This document shows, piece after piece, positions 38,641 through 51,129 of a stretch of 64,000 nt of DNA; the first letter of the stretch is position 1, and the number at the start of each line of letters is the position of its first letter. Position numbers and translations under genes: made by a program. The notes beneath the pieces were generated by a model that saw only the letters and a list, made by a program, of their open reading frames with translations, made no database searches and had not been told where the DNA came from. The stretch is from Callorhinchus milii (lineage: Eukaryota), in the NCBI RefSeq assembly GCF_018977255.1, contig NW_024704742.1, positions 27,282,001-27,346,000 on the forward strand. Reading direction: 5' to 3'.

Positions 38641-41600
38641 TTGAAGCTACTGGCACATGACAATTTCTCTGTGTCTGCAATGCTGTTCAAGGCCAATTTG
38701 AGCTCACAGGCCATGCTGTCCCATTGGGTCTTGAACCCACACTCTTCTGACCCAAAGGCAAAAGTGTTACCACCAAAGCCAAGCTGGCTTCTGATCTTTG
38801 GGGATCTTAACTAAGTTTCTGAGAAATACTCATCTTTGTGGATGGTGGAATTTTCAGGCATTGCAGCTTTTCTTGCTACGATGGGAGGATATTACAAAAA
38901 TTAATATCATTTCAAATTAATTATGCATTATCAAGGATTCCTCCATTAGCACATCCATTTCTTTTCTGAAAGATAAATCAATTATTTAAGGACACGGTTT
39001 ACTTAATTAAGAACATGAAAAAGAAAAAAAAACCCAGAATGAAAATAGTTTCAGAATGCAAGGCCTGAATTTGGGAGGTTTGGAAGATACTGGATAACCT
39101 TGTCAGATATTTTTTGCCGTCAAAGCCAAACTATGTCTCTGGTGGCTGACTATGCTGTAAAGTGGATTGACCATATTTTATGGGTGAAACACGCCAATTG
39201 ACTAACTTACTGCCAGGTAAACAGAAGCATTTGTAGCAAGGAAACTTGCCTAAGGTTTTGCACGCCTGGGAATCGAACCTGGATTCTCTCCATTGCAAGG
39301 CGAGTGCACTAACTACTACTCTACAGTCCTCCAATATCTTGGCTGGACTGAATTGGCCATAAGGTCACCAATATTTGGGTATAAAACATACTCCGGCAGC
39401 ATCACCACCACTTGGACTTAGGGGAGTAGAATGGTCACTGGGCCCAGGGATTGTTTCCACTCGCTCCAGTTAAACCAGCAAGCCCAAACTCTCAACTAGC
39501 AGGGTGCTCCTACCTGGAAAAGCGGTGGGAAGCTTACCATTATTCACAATGGAAAGCTGAGTGGTTTTAGCTACTTAAGCTTGTACAGTAGTCCATTTGC
39601 ATACTCTGGAGTCCCAAAGTCTTTGCTCTTTGCTAATAATAATAACAATCCTTACATTTAATATAGCAACTATAACATCAAGAATGTCTCAAGACGCTTC
39701 ATAAAGTTTCTGTGAAAGAGCAGTGACTGTGTGTTTGTAGCAAAACACCAATCTGTGCCAAAGCTCTCTGCGTTTGGGTAAGCATGATGTGTCCCTCTAG
39801 GGAGAGAGCATGAACTCTGCAGCAGACGAACAGAAACTATGATTTGAGGAGCTCTCAATAGTTTGGTTTGGAGACATTTAAGCATAATGATGCATTTCTG
39901 CATGTCAGCCATGTAGCTGATCAAAAAAAAATTTCCTCCAATACACGTAAATGAATCCATTAATGCTGTGACAAGATAAAGCATGTAATATTGTAATTCT
40001 GTAGCCAGATATGTATGCCATAACTTACAAAGTAATTAATTCCATAATTTTCTGTACTTGCTTTGACATATTTTATATATTTGGACAGTGAAACCAAATG
40101 ACAACAATAATAGGCGAAGCAATTCAAATAAGTCACGCAGCTCTGAAAGGTTCATGTAAGACACACAATTGTGAGGGAGGCTTGTTTACCCAGCAGTTTG
40201 AGCACCAGATAAGGTCAGACATCAGTACTTATCAGCCCCTACTGTCAAAGGGCGGAATGATAGGGACTATGGGATTGCACTTATTCAGAATTACAAGTCC
40301 TTATTGATTTGTAAGAATTCCAGTGGGGTAGGGGAGAGGCTAAAGACCAGCCAGTAGGAATTGAAAGGCTGATAATTAAATAGCTGAAATATGTAATGGG
40401 AATTAAGCTGCATGTAGTGTCTGTCAAAAGAAAAATGCTGACGGAAGAAATAGTTTGCAAAATTCACTTACTATCGTTCGCCTTTTAATATGAGATGAAG
40501 TTATTTTACTTGTGTGCAATGTATAAGGAGAATCAATGGATATTGTATCATGGAAATTCATGATTATATATACAGCACATGTCTATTCTTGTTCATGTAT
40601 ACAAAATCTCTCCGATCTCTTTTTCACTGTTTCATAAAAACTAAATTATTCCTTCAAATAAAATAATATTTTATATTACAGAAACATTTATGTTAAAACT
40701 TATATTATTGCTTGTGGGTTTTTTCCAGAACTTTATTTGACACATTACTGATGAATTCAAAAGTTAATTTGACAGAAGTGAAATAAACTCTAAAATTAAT
40801 TTACTTTGACGGAAATTAATTTTATTCTGACACTCCTCAGAACTGCAGAACTTCCCTCTACTTTATCATTTCCTCATCCAACTTCGTTTATTTTATTTCA
40901 TTCGAAAGCTCAGCAGGTATTTAATTTCTGACATAATGAAAAAAATGTGTACACTTACGGCAGCACATTTGCAATGCCTGAAACAGCTTTCCTTATTGAC
41001 TGAAAGCTCTGTCATTGTGTGTGTACATACACACATATACAAACACACATAACAATAGCTGTCTTCCTGCAAGTTTTGACTCAGAGGTTATTGCCATGAC
41101 ACCTTGGCACTTTAAGTTAGTGTCACAAGTTTTCAGAGGGAGCTCCGATCAGAAAATTCCCCCAGGGCGACTTGACATTGAACAAAAACCTTTGATTTTT
41201 CATATGAGCTGATACAAAGAATGTCTTGCTTTTCTATTTCTTTATGTTCGGCATGCAAGCACCTCCCAGCCCTTCAGCAAGTATAGCTTTAAAGGTTAGA
41301 TCAGAGACTTTGTCAGACTGACAGAGTAATTGTAGTTCAAATGGTGCATCCTTTGGCTTGGCACTTTGCACACTGGATATCACAATTGAAGTCCTGACCT
41401 CCTGTAAAGATAAACTGCAAGTTATTGTTAGGCTCTTTACTCTATTTTCTGATTGTGCAACTACACTTATTAATAAAAATTGCACAGCATGTAACAGTGG
41501 AAATATGCATAATAGTCAAGGTTAAAAGCAATGTTTACTACAAAGCTGGGGATTAATGTGGATTCAAAAGGAGCGCAGGGGTTTAGTCTCTATAGAAGCA

Positions 41601-42454
41601 CAGCTGCCATTGCCTGACACATTGACAGTGCATGAAAATCCCAGCGTTGCCTCCAATTTTCTCTGGAGGCATTCATTTCATTTATTAGACTCTTCCTACT
41701 GATGATCTGATCTTGAGAGAAATTACTTTGAAATATGCTGCTGACTTTCACAACTGTCGCCATTAAAAATTAATGAGATCTATGATTAAATGGAAACTTA
41801 GCTTGTTATTGCTCTTCACAGCAGCTCTCATGAAACAATATTTGCAGTGGCTTCTTTCAAATTACATGACATCTCCAAAACACCTTCTTGTTTCTGGCAT
41901 CAGTACAACAAATATAATTTTACTCCCAAAGGTAATGAAAATCTGCTTTAGAAAGAGGGGAGTTTTATGCATCTGTTGTGTGGGGTTTTCTTGTCAATTT
42001 ATTTCTAGTGTTTCATTCATTATTCAGTAAAAAAATTAACAATAAATTTATAGCTCGAGAGTCCGATTGCATTTCCTGATGAGATGGGTCCCAATGTGCT
42101 TGGATCCCTGTTTTATTCTTGAGCTTTGGAACGCTTTCTCCCAATCCCTCTGCTTTGTCTCCTCCTTCCCCTCTTTTAGATCACAATTGAAGACTCTTTG
42201 ACTGTGCTTATGGCCACGTCCTCCCTTCCCCTGGCTCGGAGTTAGGCTCTGCCGCTGTTAAGCGCTCCAATATGCTGCTCTGAGTGAAGGGCGCTACATA
42301 ATGCAAGTTGTTGTTGGTGCTGGTGGTGGTGTTGTTTTGAAGTGGATCTGCCTTGGAAAATAATAGGAGATGGACCTGAATTGAAATTTGCCAAAGTAAT
42401 GCAACTGCTGTATAAAAGTCTGCTCACTAGATATAAATGCTTCAATGAATGATG

Positions 42455-42725
42455 TGTATATTTTATATAGCGCCTTATCATGTTGTCAAGATGTCTCACA
42501 GCACTCACAGAATTTTACTCTGCAGACTGTATCTTTTTTAGGCAGCAGCAAATGTGTACACAGCTTGTCCCACAAACAGCCATGAAATGAATGACCAATT
42601 TTTATCTCACGATTGTTGGACAGGGCACCAGAAGAAATTCCCTTCTCTTTACGGGGTGCCATGGGATCTTTAACATCCACTTTAACAAGCAGACGGGACC
42701 TCAGTTTAACATCTCATCTGAAGGG
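42455..42725 (-). mobile_element. DeuSINE
   Basis: Reverse-complement Deu domain (CAGATGAGATGTTAAACTGAGGTCCCGTCTGC..GTTAAAGATCCCATGGCAC) and L2-type tail. Confidence 0.75.
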
Positions 42726-43189
42726 TTTGAGTGCTGTTTCAACACACACTTCACTGAATTTCTATTTTAGCTGCGCAAACTTGCCGTTTTCCACTACTGG
42801 GAGTATCTTTTGGGCTCAACCGCTGTGCAGAGGTCAGGGTGGGTCCCTTTGGCTTCGGCTCAGTGGTTGGAACAGAAGATTTCCTGTGCTTGTGATTGTG
42901 GAGAGCTGAGTGCTTTTGAAAGACAGGGGTGGGTATTTGTGAAGCACTGATGCAAAATTTGGATGAGTTAATGGATGCCAGGGAGGAGTACTGAAGCACT
43001 GTAACTTGCAGGGTTTCTGTGTAAAACCCCAATACTTTAGTGACATTCCTGGACTCCCGAGTGAACTGTAATAGAAGTTGACTCTTCAAGATTAATCCAC
43101 TTTAATGTTGAGGTGCCTGTGTATCTTTAGCAAACTTCACCATAATACACTGCCTTGATTGTCTTTGTACTGTTTAAAAAATTGTTTTT

Positions 43190-44423
43190 GGAATTGTTGG
43201 GATATGGGAATGGCAATAATATTAAATTGCAGTGAGAGTCTTCTTTGTGGTTTGCAATTATGAAGCGAGTCACCCTGGAGACCACTTGCTGAGATAAAGG
43301 TTTACCAGGATATCGAATGGCACCACTGTTGTCTTCGCACAATTGTGGCCACTTAAATCTTTCTGCCCAAGAGATATGCTTATAGTGTTAATAAAGAGCC
43401 GGTTGCACTACATTAAAACATGAATCAGTTCGATGGCCAGTGCCCTTTTGGAGGGAAACACGAGAGCTGTTTCTTGCTCTGAATCGCTTTCCTGCTGGAA
43501 GGAATGTCCAATCCAACCCACCATCATTGCTCAAGGTTTCAGACATTTTATCCCCGTTCTCTGTAACTCCCGCCATCCAGCTCTGGTGCGCAGACAGCTA
43601 TGTGGAACAGTCTGAGACAATGTGAAAGAAACTATATACAGTACATGTGACATTTTTGTAGGTCAAAGCAAATATCTGTTACTTCCTGGCAGTATCAATG
43701 AGGAAAAGGTAAAATACTGCAGATACTAGAAATCTGAAATAAAAACCGAAGTCGCTGGGAACACGTAGCAGGTCAGGTAGCATTCTTGGAGAGAGGAAAA
43801 TAAGTAACGTTTCAGGTCAGTAACCTTTAGCCAGTTTTTAGTATAAATAAGGTATTGGACCTTAAACTTGCAGAATAAACTTGGAATAAACATTCTTCCT
43901 TGTTCTTAAAGGGACACCATCTTCTTGCCAAAACCTTTTTTTGCACCATTTTGTGTATAAAGATATATTTTTAAATGAAAAAGCCCCCGACACATTGTAG
44001 GTCACCAAGATAGTGTTGAGGTAAGAGAGGAAAACTTGAAAATCTAAAAGAAAAACCGAGTATTCTGCTGCTGAGCAGCGTTTAAAAACGACAGGCAATT
44101 TAACGTTTTAGATAAGATCCATCAGTCTCTTTCAGATTCTGATCAACCTGCTGTGCACCGCTAACATTTTTTGCGTGAAGGAAAACATAATAATAATAAT
44201 TCTTCCATTTGACATAGTGTATTTAACGTTCATTTGGCATTGTTATGATGTGAGAATGGCAATAATATTAAATTGCAATGAGAGTCTTCTTTGTGGTTTG
44301 CAGTTTTGAAATGAGTCAGCCTGGAGACCACCTGTTGAGATGGTGGTTTTACTAGGATATTGATTTGCACCACTGTAGTCTTTGCTCAGTGGTTACCACC
44401 CAAATCTTCCTGCCCAAGAGATA
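43190..44423 (+). repeat. Pair of ~185-bp diverged direct repeats (~43190-43376 and ~44236-44423)
   Basis: Both copies contain GAATGGCAATAATATTAAATTGCA.TGAGAGTCTTCTTTGTGGTTTGCA..CCTGGAGACCAC..CTGCCCAAGAGATA. Confidence 0.85.
43711..43835 (-). mobile_element. Penelope-like terminal repeat fragment with degenerate minimal hammerhead core
   Basis: AAAATACTGCAGAT.CT.GAAATCTGAAATAAAAAC..AGCAGGTCAGG.AGCAT..AACGTTTCAGGTC resembles a common chondrichthyan repeat (recognised from memory). The minus strand reads CTGGCTA-AAGGT-TACTG-ACCT-GAAACGTT. Confidence 0.5.
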
Positions 44424-45339
44424 AGTTTGACTGTGTCTCAAAGCACTTCACAAGATCACAAGATTGGTCTGGCTGAAGAAAGCCCTTTAGCCCATCCAAT
44501 ATCCTCTCCAGAACACCAACCCTACTGTTCCCCCATCATTGCATTAAGCTTCACAAGATATATTTTAAAGTGATGTCACCGTGTATTTTGTAGCTGAATG
44601 CGGCAGCCAATTTGCACACAGCGATGTCCCACAAACAGCTGCAAAGTGATAAATAGTTGGTGAAAACCTCAGCGTAAAAATCCATCACCAAGATGGATTG
44701 CAACGTTTAAACTGAGAGAAATGAGAGGAAATAGAAGTGAAATGAGTTAAGACGGCATTCTTTCCATGTGCTGAAAGCTTGTGACCAGCTTGACAGAAAG
44801 CAATGGTGGAGGTCAATTTTGTGTTTTTTTTACAGGACATCTTAGATAAGAAATCCTTCCAGTAGGACACACACATGAACTCTGCTCTGAAAATGTATCC
44901 TGTTGAAAAGTTTCTATGAATTGGCATCATTGACCTATAGATTTCTTATGTAAGAAATCCTGTTAGAAAAATACTGCAAGATTTGACCCCTTCCCCCCTC
45001 ACTTTAGGTTGTAAATGTTGTCTTAACACTATTCATGGCTATTCACTGCTGTTTCCACTAAGGATTCAACACACTGATAATCAAGTACTGCTGCTGAACT
45101 AAAATACCAATTAAAGTAAATTAATTAAACCAGCTTCTTTTTAAGAAAAGGGGGAAAGGCTGATTTTGATTGCGAGTTATCCAGTTTCCAAGTTATAAAA
45201 CCGTATCCTACAAACAACACGGTGAATCCACTCTGGAAGTTTTATTTATGTGCAAGGGGCACTCAGTTGGAAGAATGATGCAACTAAAGGATTGTAGCTG
45301 CTGTTTTCAACAGAGAGGTGTGTCTGGAACTGAGGTGGA

Positions 45340-45760
45340 GTGTCAGTGAGCAAAGTGTTTATCCAGGTCACAGATTGAACCAGGCAGGGATGATTTACCT
45401 GGACTTGTCAAAGGAGGAGTGTATTCACAGGTTCAGGCTTACTGGAGCAGCACTGACTCATATCCATGAGTCGCTGACACCAGACCTTCAGTCACTTTTG
45501 TTGACGTCAACTGCTCGGCCAGTGCTGTTGAGGTGATGTGTGCTGTAAACGTTTATGCCACAGTCTCTTTGCAGGCACCTGAGTAGAGACTCAGTGGCAT
45601 TGCACCATCAACCATGTCCGCCTACTTTCACTCATCCAGAGAATAACAGGTTCATTAATTTCCCTGGATGTTACAGAGAAAGCTTCAGAGAGCAAAATTG
45701 TTGTTGTTATAGGATTTTTCAGAGTGCCAGCCTGCTTCACTGAAAACACATAGCAATTGG
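45340..45760 (+). pseudogene. Decayed PIF/Harbinger transposase (HARBI1-like DDE nuclease, N-terminal half)
   Basis: Frameshifted translation YLDLSKEECIHRFRLT..LTPDLQ..STARP/AVEVMCAVNVYATVSLQ..LSGI..RFINFP..GF.RV..KHIAI. This follows the Harbinger motifs RFRL, AL.FYATGSFQ, FI.FP and GFP.V.G.IDCTHIAI. Confidence 0.8.
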
Positions 45761-45908
45761 ATGGTGTAGATGTTTCACTGGGGCTCTTACATGCAGGCGA
45801 AAGTTGATGTCCAGATAAAATGAACTGAGATAGAAGGCAGTCTCACTTGAGTTCAGTGTAGAACTGCCATTAAACCGGCACCAAGTTAACAATATTGCAC
45901 TGGGTTCA

Positions 45909-45990
45909 GGGGGGCTGACGTGGCGCGGTGGGGGCTGACATGGTGCGGGGGGGTGCTGACGTGGCCTGGGGTGGGGGGGGCTGACGTGGA
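45909..45990 (+). repeat. G-rich minisatellite, 4 x ~20 bp (GGGGGCTGACGTGG...)
   Basis: Directly visible tandem units. Confidence 0.85.
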
Positions 45991-46084
45991 AGATGTTACA
46001 TTAATGGGAACATTACAATACAAGGTAGCTGTTGTTGTTGAGGGGGTGAGTCTTATCTGCCGATTGGTCGTTCTTCATCCTTGA

Positions 46085-46410
46085 GTGTGGTATAGCACCT
46101 CTTCAAGTCTTGTAGACGACTCAAAGCGATTCACAGAATATACTGTAAAGCAAACTAACCGATTTTGTGGGCGAAACATGGCAGCCAATTGCACACAGCA
46201 GTGTCCCACAAACAGTCATGGATTGACTGAGCAAATAATATATTTTTTAGAAGGATTATTACCCCTAGAAAAGCGATCCACCAACAACCGGATTCCTAGT
46301 CATTGCTAGGTAAACAGAGGGTGTGGAGTAAGGAAACTTTCTTCAGGTTTTACCCCACCCAGGAGTCGAACTGGGGTACTCGCAAGGCCTCTAACCAATA
46401 TGCTACAGGA
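46085..46410 (-). mobile_element. tRNA-derived SINE2
   Basis: Minus-strand head TAGCATATTGGTTAGAG..GTTCGACTCC; body shared with the other SINE2 copies. Confidence 0.8.
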
Positions 46411-47069
46411 CTACAGAATTTTCAAAAAGACATGAATAACATGATTGTATGAATGAAGAAACACTTGTTCCATACATTTATATTTAGAAATTGATCTGTG
46501 GACTGAGAACTGTTATGCACAGTAAATAATCTTTCAGTTTTCTCTCGTCCTCTAGGTCTGCTGTCTCAACCCCATATATTTGTCCCCTTGACCAATTGCT
46601 CTTGAAACTCCCTCATAACAGCAATACAATCTCCCTGGTGCTCTGTCTGTGATATCCTAGTCCTGTGGTTGCCCTTACTGCACTGCATGATTCATTCCAC
46701 TTAGTCTGCCCTACAGAATCTTTACCGGAGTGTTTCATTCCTTACACTTTAACCTCAATTTATATTAGAAATGATTAAGGCTGGCTTAAATCAATACCAG
46801 AAATGTATTTTGCTTTTCTTCAGACTGAGGTAAACGTGGGAAATAATTCTCAATCTATTTCGCATTCAACAATAAACAGACGTGACAGGTTAAGAATAGA
46901 GTCATTTCCAGTCTGCATAAATATAAAACCTTTTGAGGTTGACCCCCTCCTCCCGCCCCACACACATGGCAATAATTCCCTTTGAAATGCTTTGACACAT
47001 TTTGTCATCAAAGAAGCTATTATTAATTGCAAAGATTAATATTTTTATGAATAGTGCGTTATTTTGGAC

Positions 47070-47560
47070 ATGCTGGTGTCTGACATGTGTGAAACCCCTT
47101 CACCATGTTTAACGCATCCAAACTGACTGAATTCCATATATGTATGTCACCCACACATGGAATGCGTTATGCAATTTTCCTCTGGAGGGATTCACTCTGC
47201 TTGACCTAATCCTGGAGAGTGCTTGGCACAGATTGGCAAAATCCAAGGCTTGGGGATGGCTGAATGCGCATTGGGGTAATGCTGGGATTTAATCAGTTCA
47301 AGTCGCATTGCTTGCAATTGAGAGCACTGCCTGGCAAGCTTTCCCCCTGCTTATCTGGCTAAGACTGCCCCCCCCCACCACTTTGGCTTGTAGGGTTAAC
47401 AAGTTGAGGGGCAGAATCCCTGTCTGTCCCTCAAATAAGCCAAGCTGGTTGGTCTGTCAACAACAGTGTCCTGGAGATCTGCAGGCCCTCCTGGCTCAGG
47501 AACCAGACAGCTGAGACTGCCGCCGAGGGTGGGTTTGATTCTGACTTTCCAGTGCCAAAT
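47070..47560 (+). repeat. Copy of the unclassified dispersed repeat
   Basis: Contains CAAGGCTTGGGGAT, TTGGGGTAATGCTGG and CACTGCCTGGCAAGCTT, shared with the other copies. Confidence 0.7.
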
Positions 47561-48354
47561 ATAATTTTCTCCTTTTTATTATTCTCTTCTGCTTTGTATG
47601 TTACGGCAGTGTTGGAATAAACAGCTACTTTAGGATCAATTCCATGAATTTAACCATCCTTAAAATGTTTACATATGGAATTTTAACATAAAATCCAAGA
47701 AAACAACCAACTGGAAACTGTTGACTGCTTGTTCAGTTCCTTCCTTAAAGAATTCTCATAGATTTGTGAGGCATAATAAATTGCTTCAAATTCAGAATGA
47801 CTCTTCCTTTAGATGAGCATTGATAGCATCCTGGATAAAGCTCTCAAGCAGTTTTCTCGCTGCAGATGTCAAGCTAATCTGTTTGCAATTTCCAAACTCG
47901 TGTCTTACTCATTTTCTCAATAACAGAATGGATTTTGCAACATTTGGTCCTCAATGTTTATGGAGCTGTTTAAACTATTAACCAGAGCTTTAATTATGTC
48001 CTCAAGTTCCCAGAGACTGTCCCATCTGGCCAGGTTACATAGATTGTACAGAATGGAAACAGGCTATTTGGCCTGACCATGAGCATTGCAGAAATTTTAT
48101 TTCTTTGAATATCCTATTTGTGTTAAGAATTCATGAGCCAAGACAACTGGATCTGGAATGTAACCAGAGTCCTTGGTTGAGAAAACTGATGTGTTTAACA
48201 CGTGTGCTATTTCCTGATCTTGGGCAATATCTCTTTCTAACTTATTCTGTCTTAAACGACCTATCTATCCACTGGTAAATAGCGATCTTTAATATCTTGC
48301 TTGTTGTTGACTAAAGTTTGTTTTCAAAAGCACTTAACTTTTTCCAATATTTAT

Positions 48355-48735
48355 TTTATTAATAATAACAATCCTTGCATTTGATATAGAGCCTTATCAC
48401 ACCATTGAGATATCTCAAAGCGCTTCATAGGATAATAATAGTGCTTGCATTTGATATAGCGCCTTATCACATTTAGAGACGTCTCAAAGCACTTCACAGA
48501 GTATACTGTAAAGTGAATTGACTGTATATTTTGTGGGCGAAACACAGCAGCCAATGCGCACAGCAGTGTCCCACAAACAGTCGTGGATTGAGTGACCAAT
48601 TTATTATTATCCCTGGAAAAGCGATCTGACAATCGACTAACAACCGGGTTCCTACTTACTGCTAGGTAAACAAAGGTTTGTGTAGTAAGGAAACTTGCCC
48701 AACATTTCTCCCTGTCTGGGAATCGAACCCAGGTC
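48355..48735 (-). mobile_element. tRNA-derived SINE2 plus an adjacent extra tail copy
   Basis: Minus-strand B-box GGTTCGATTCCC, full body and two tandem GATAAGGC.CTATATCAAATGCAAG tails. Confidence 0.85.
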
Positions 48736-49279
48736 TCACTTACAGTACATCCTCAGAGCTACAGGACTCCGAGGATGTACTGTAAGTGGAATTACTATAT
48801 TTTGTGGGCGAAATACACAGTCACTTTTAGTTCAGTATAACCTACAATTATGCGACTCCCTGTTTTCTACTTTTTGTTTCCTTGTATCTTTTATATTTTT
48901 CTTCATCAGCAAAGAAACAATCAGCTTCATCATTAATGTACATGAATGGCCAGTAACACAGTTGCCAACCAGACCAATTTGAGAGAGAAAGTGCTCAGTT
49001 TCAAGAACACTGCCACCCATTGAATTAGCTCTGGATATTATTATTTTTTTCTTGTTATAAAATATTGTGTAGTTGTCCAGAGTTTAACATACTGAAGAAT
49101 TGGGAAGTGGAGGTTTAGACACAGAGTGATAGAATGCAAAACTGGGTATAACAGAGATCTGAAATAATTAGTCAGTAATTTTACAAGGATTTTATGAACT
49201 GTACAAATGGACTCCTGAGAAATGGACTCAAGGGAAAGCAATTTTTTTGGTTCTTTCATTAACCTTACTTTACAATACA

Positions 49280-49640
49280 AATTTACATTTATATATTGCC
49301 TTTCACATAGGGAGGATGTGCCAAAGTGCTTAATAATCCTCACTTGGCACCTGAGCTTGGGGTGGGAGCCTAGGGATTGGGAGAGGAAAGTTGACTGAAA
49401 GCGTGGTCAAAGAGGTACGCGTTGATATGGACCTTGAACGAGGTGAGAGAGGAAGCAAGTCTGTCTGACTCCAGGATGGAGTTCCAGAGAGTGGGGTTAT
49501 ATAGCTGAATGCCCAGCCACTGATGATGTGGAAGTGAAGCAGGCTGCTGAATGAAGGGTGAGGTCGGGTCGGCAGGGTTTGAGGAGGTCACAGAAGTAGG
49601 ATGGAGTGAGACCATGGAATGATTTACAGGTGAAAAGTGG
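49280..49640 (-). mobile_element. Old L2 3' fragment
   Basis: Encodes TLWNSILES..LTSFKVHINAYLFDHAF and ends in a GTGAAAGGC..TATATAAATG tail. Confidence 0.75.
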
Positions 49641-49819
49641 AAGAAGCTTCAGACATGAGGGTCTAAATTAGGGTAAGTAACAATTCTCTACTTTTTGAGT
49701 CAATAAATATGGACTAAATTCAGAATAATGTGGTGGTGTGGGGGGTGCTTCCCTGCCAGTTGGTCAACTGATCAGGTTTTATCTGAGTTGATAATAAGAT
49801 TTTAATTAAACCTGCTTGC

Positions 49820-50620
49820 CTGTCAAGATTGGTGAATTTGATGATGATTGTGCGAGCGTGTGTTCATCCCAATCCTTGACACCAAGGACATTTTCTCCTG
49901 AGGACAGTACACCTTTATGAATATTGGGTTCTGAAATGCAATGATTTCTAAATGGATTCCATAATAAGTGAATTGGAAGGTTAATCTGCCAAGCATTGGA
50001 ACTCTGCTCTGAATTTCAATTGACTTCCTGCAAGTAGGTGTGACTAAGTGGGAGTCCCCACTTGGTTTCCTTATAAAGGAATCCCATGAGAAATTGTTGC
50101 TTTTTGGAACCCACTGTATAATTAGATTAGAAGAGGGCAAACAAGTGATAATAGCGAACTGCACTTCCAAACCAAAATGTTGGAAACCCTTAAATGTGTT
50201 TGGAAAAACATTCAGCATTTCCCTCAGTGATAAAAACATCAAAAACTCATGTAATATGATATTGATGAAAATGTCTTTGGGTGATATGGTTCAAAGTTAT
50301 GTTCCAGGTGCAGTGGACCACTGTGACACATCATCTTATAGAACACCGTTTGTGAACTGAGATATCTGGCCTTAACATCATCTCCAAGAATATCATTATA
50401 TTCAGGCTGGCAGGTGTCTCTTGTTGGACAATTCACTTTTCTATCCACTGAATCAAACCATAGACAGTCAGTTACCCTGCCAAACTGTTGTAATCAACAC
50501 TCGAGTCAGACTTGATGGCACAGAAACCATCACAAAGAACTCTAAATACATAAAAGATGCATCCAAAGGGCTACTCAGACTGGCCAATGCTTACTGGTGA
50601 ACACATAAACCCTACAGAAC
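49820..50620 (+). pseudogene. Decayed coding-like sequence; possible second endogenous viral fragment
   Basis: The frame of ORF 50040-50360 continues through two stops to ~50600 (..HHLQEYHYIQAGRCLLLDNSLFYPL..LLRLANAYW). Overlapping long minus-strand frames also exist, so the strand is uncertain. Confidence 0.25.
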
Positions 50621-51129
50621 ACATTCTAAACAACAGACAGGCACAGAAAACTTGTGAAGCAATTTGAAATGTCCTCCTGACATGAAAGGCGTGATATCTA
50701 ATGTTAGTATTTTTATTTGGCATAAATGCCGCATGGGTAAGAAACCTAGCACAAGATTTCTGTGTTTCTTCCACTTCTCAAGTCAAAGAGGAACTTTTAC
50801 CAGTCTTTTTCACTAAGTCAGTGAACATTTGGCAGAATTGGTGATATTATGTCCTTTGATGCCACAGTGCTTTAAAAAGAATTATATAAACATTGCAGAA
50901 ATGAAGAGGGATATTCAATTCAACTCATCTGTGCCAGTGTTTATACTCCTCTGAAGCTCCACCATTCCTAATTCCCTCTCACATACCTCTCTATTCACTT
51001 TTCCCTCTTAAAGTAGAATTAAATATTTGAATATATTTAAAAAGCATGTAAATAAAATAACACTATAGAGAATAAATTACACAACCCACTATAACCCACT
51101 GTTGTTTTTGTCCCTCTCGTCTACCTTCA

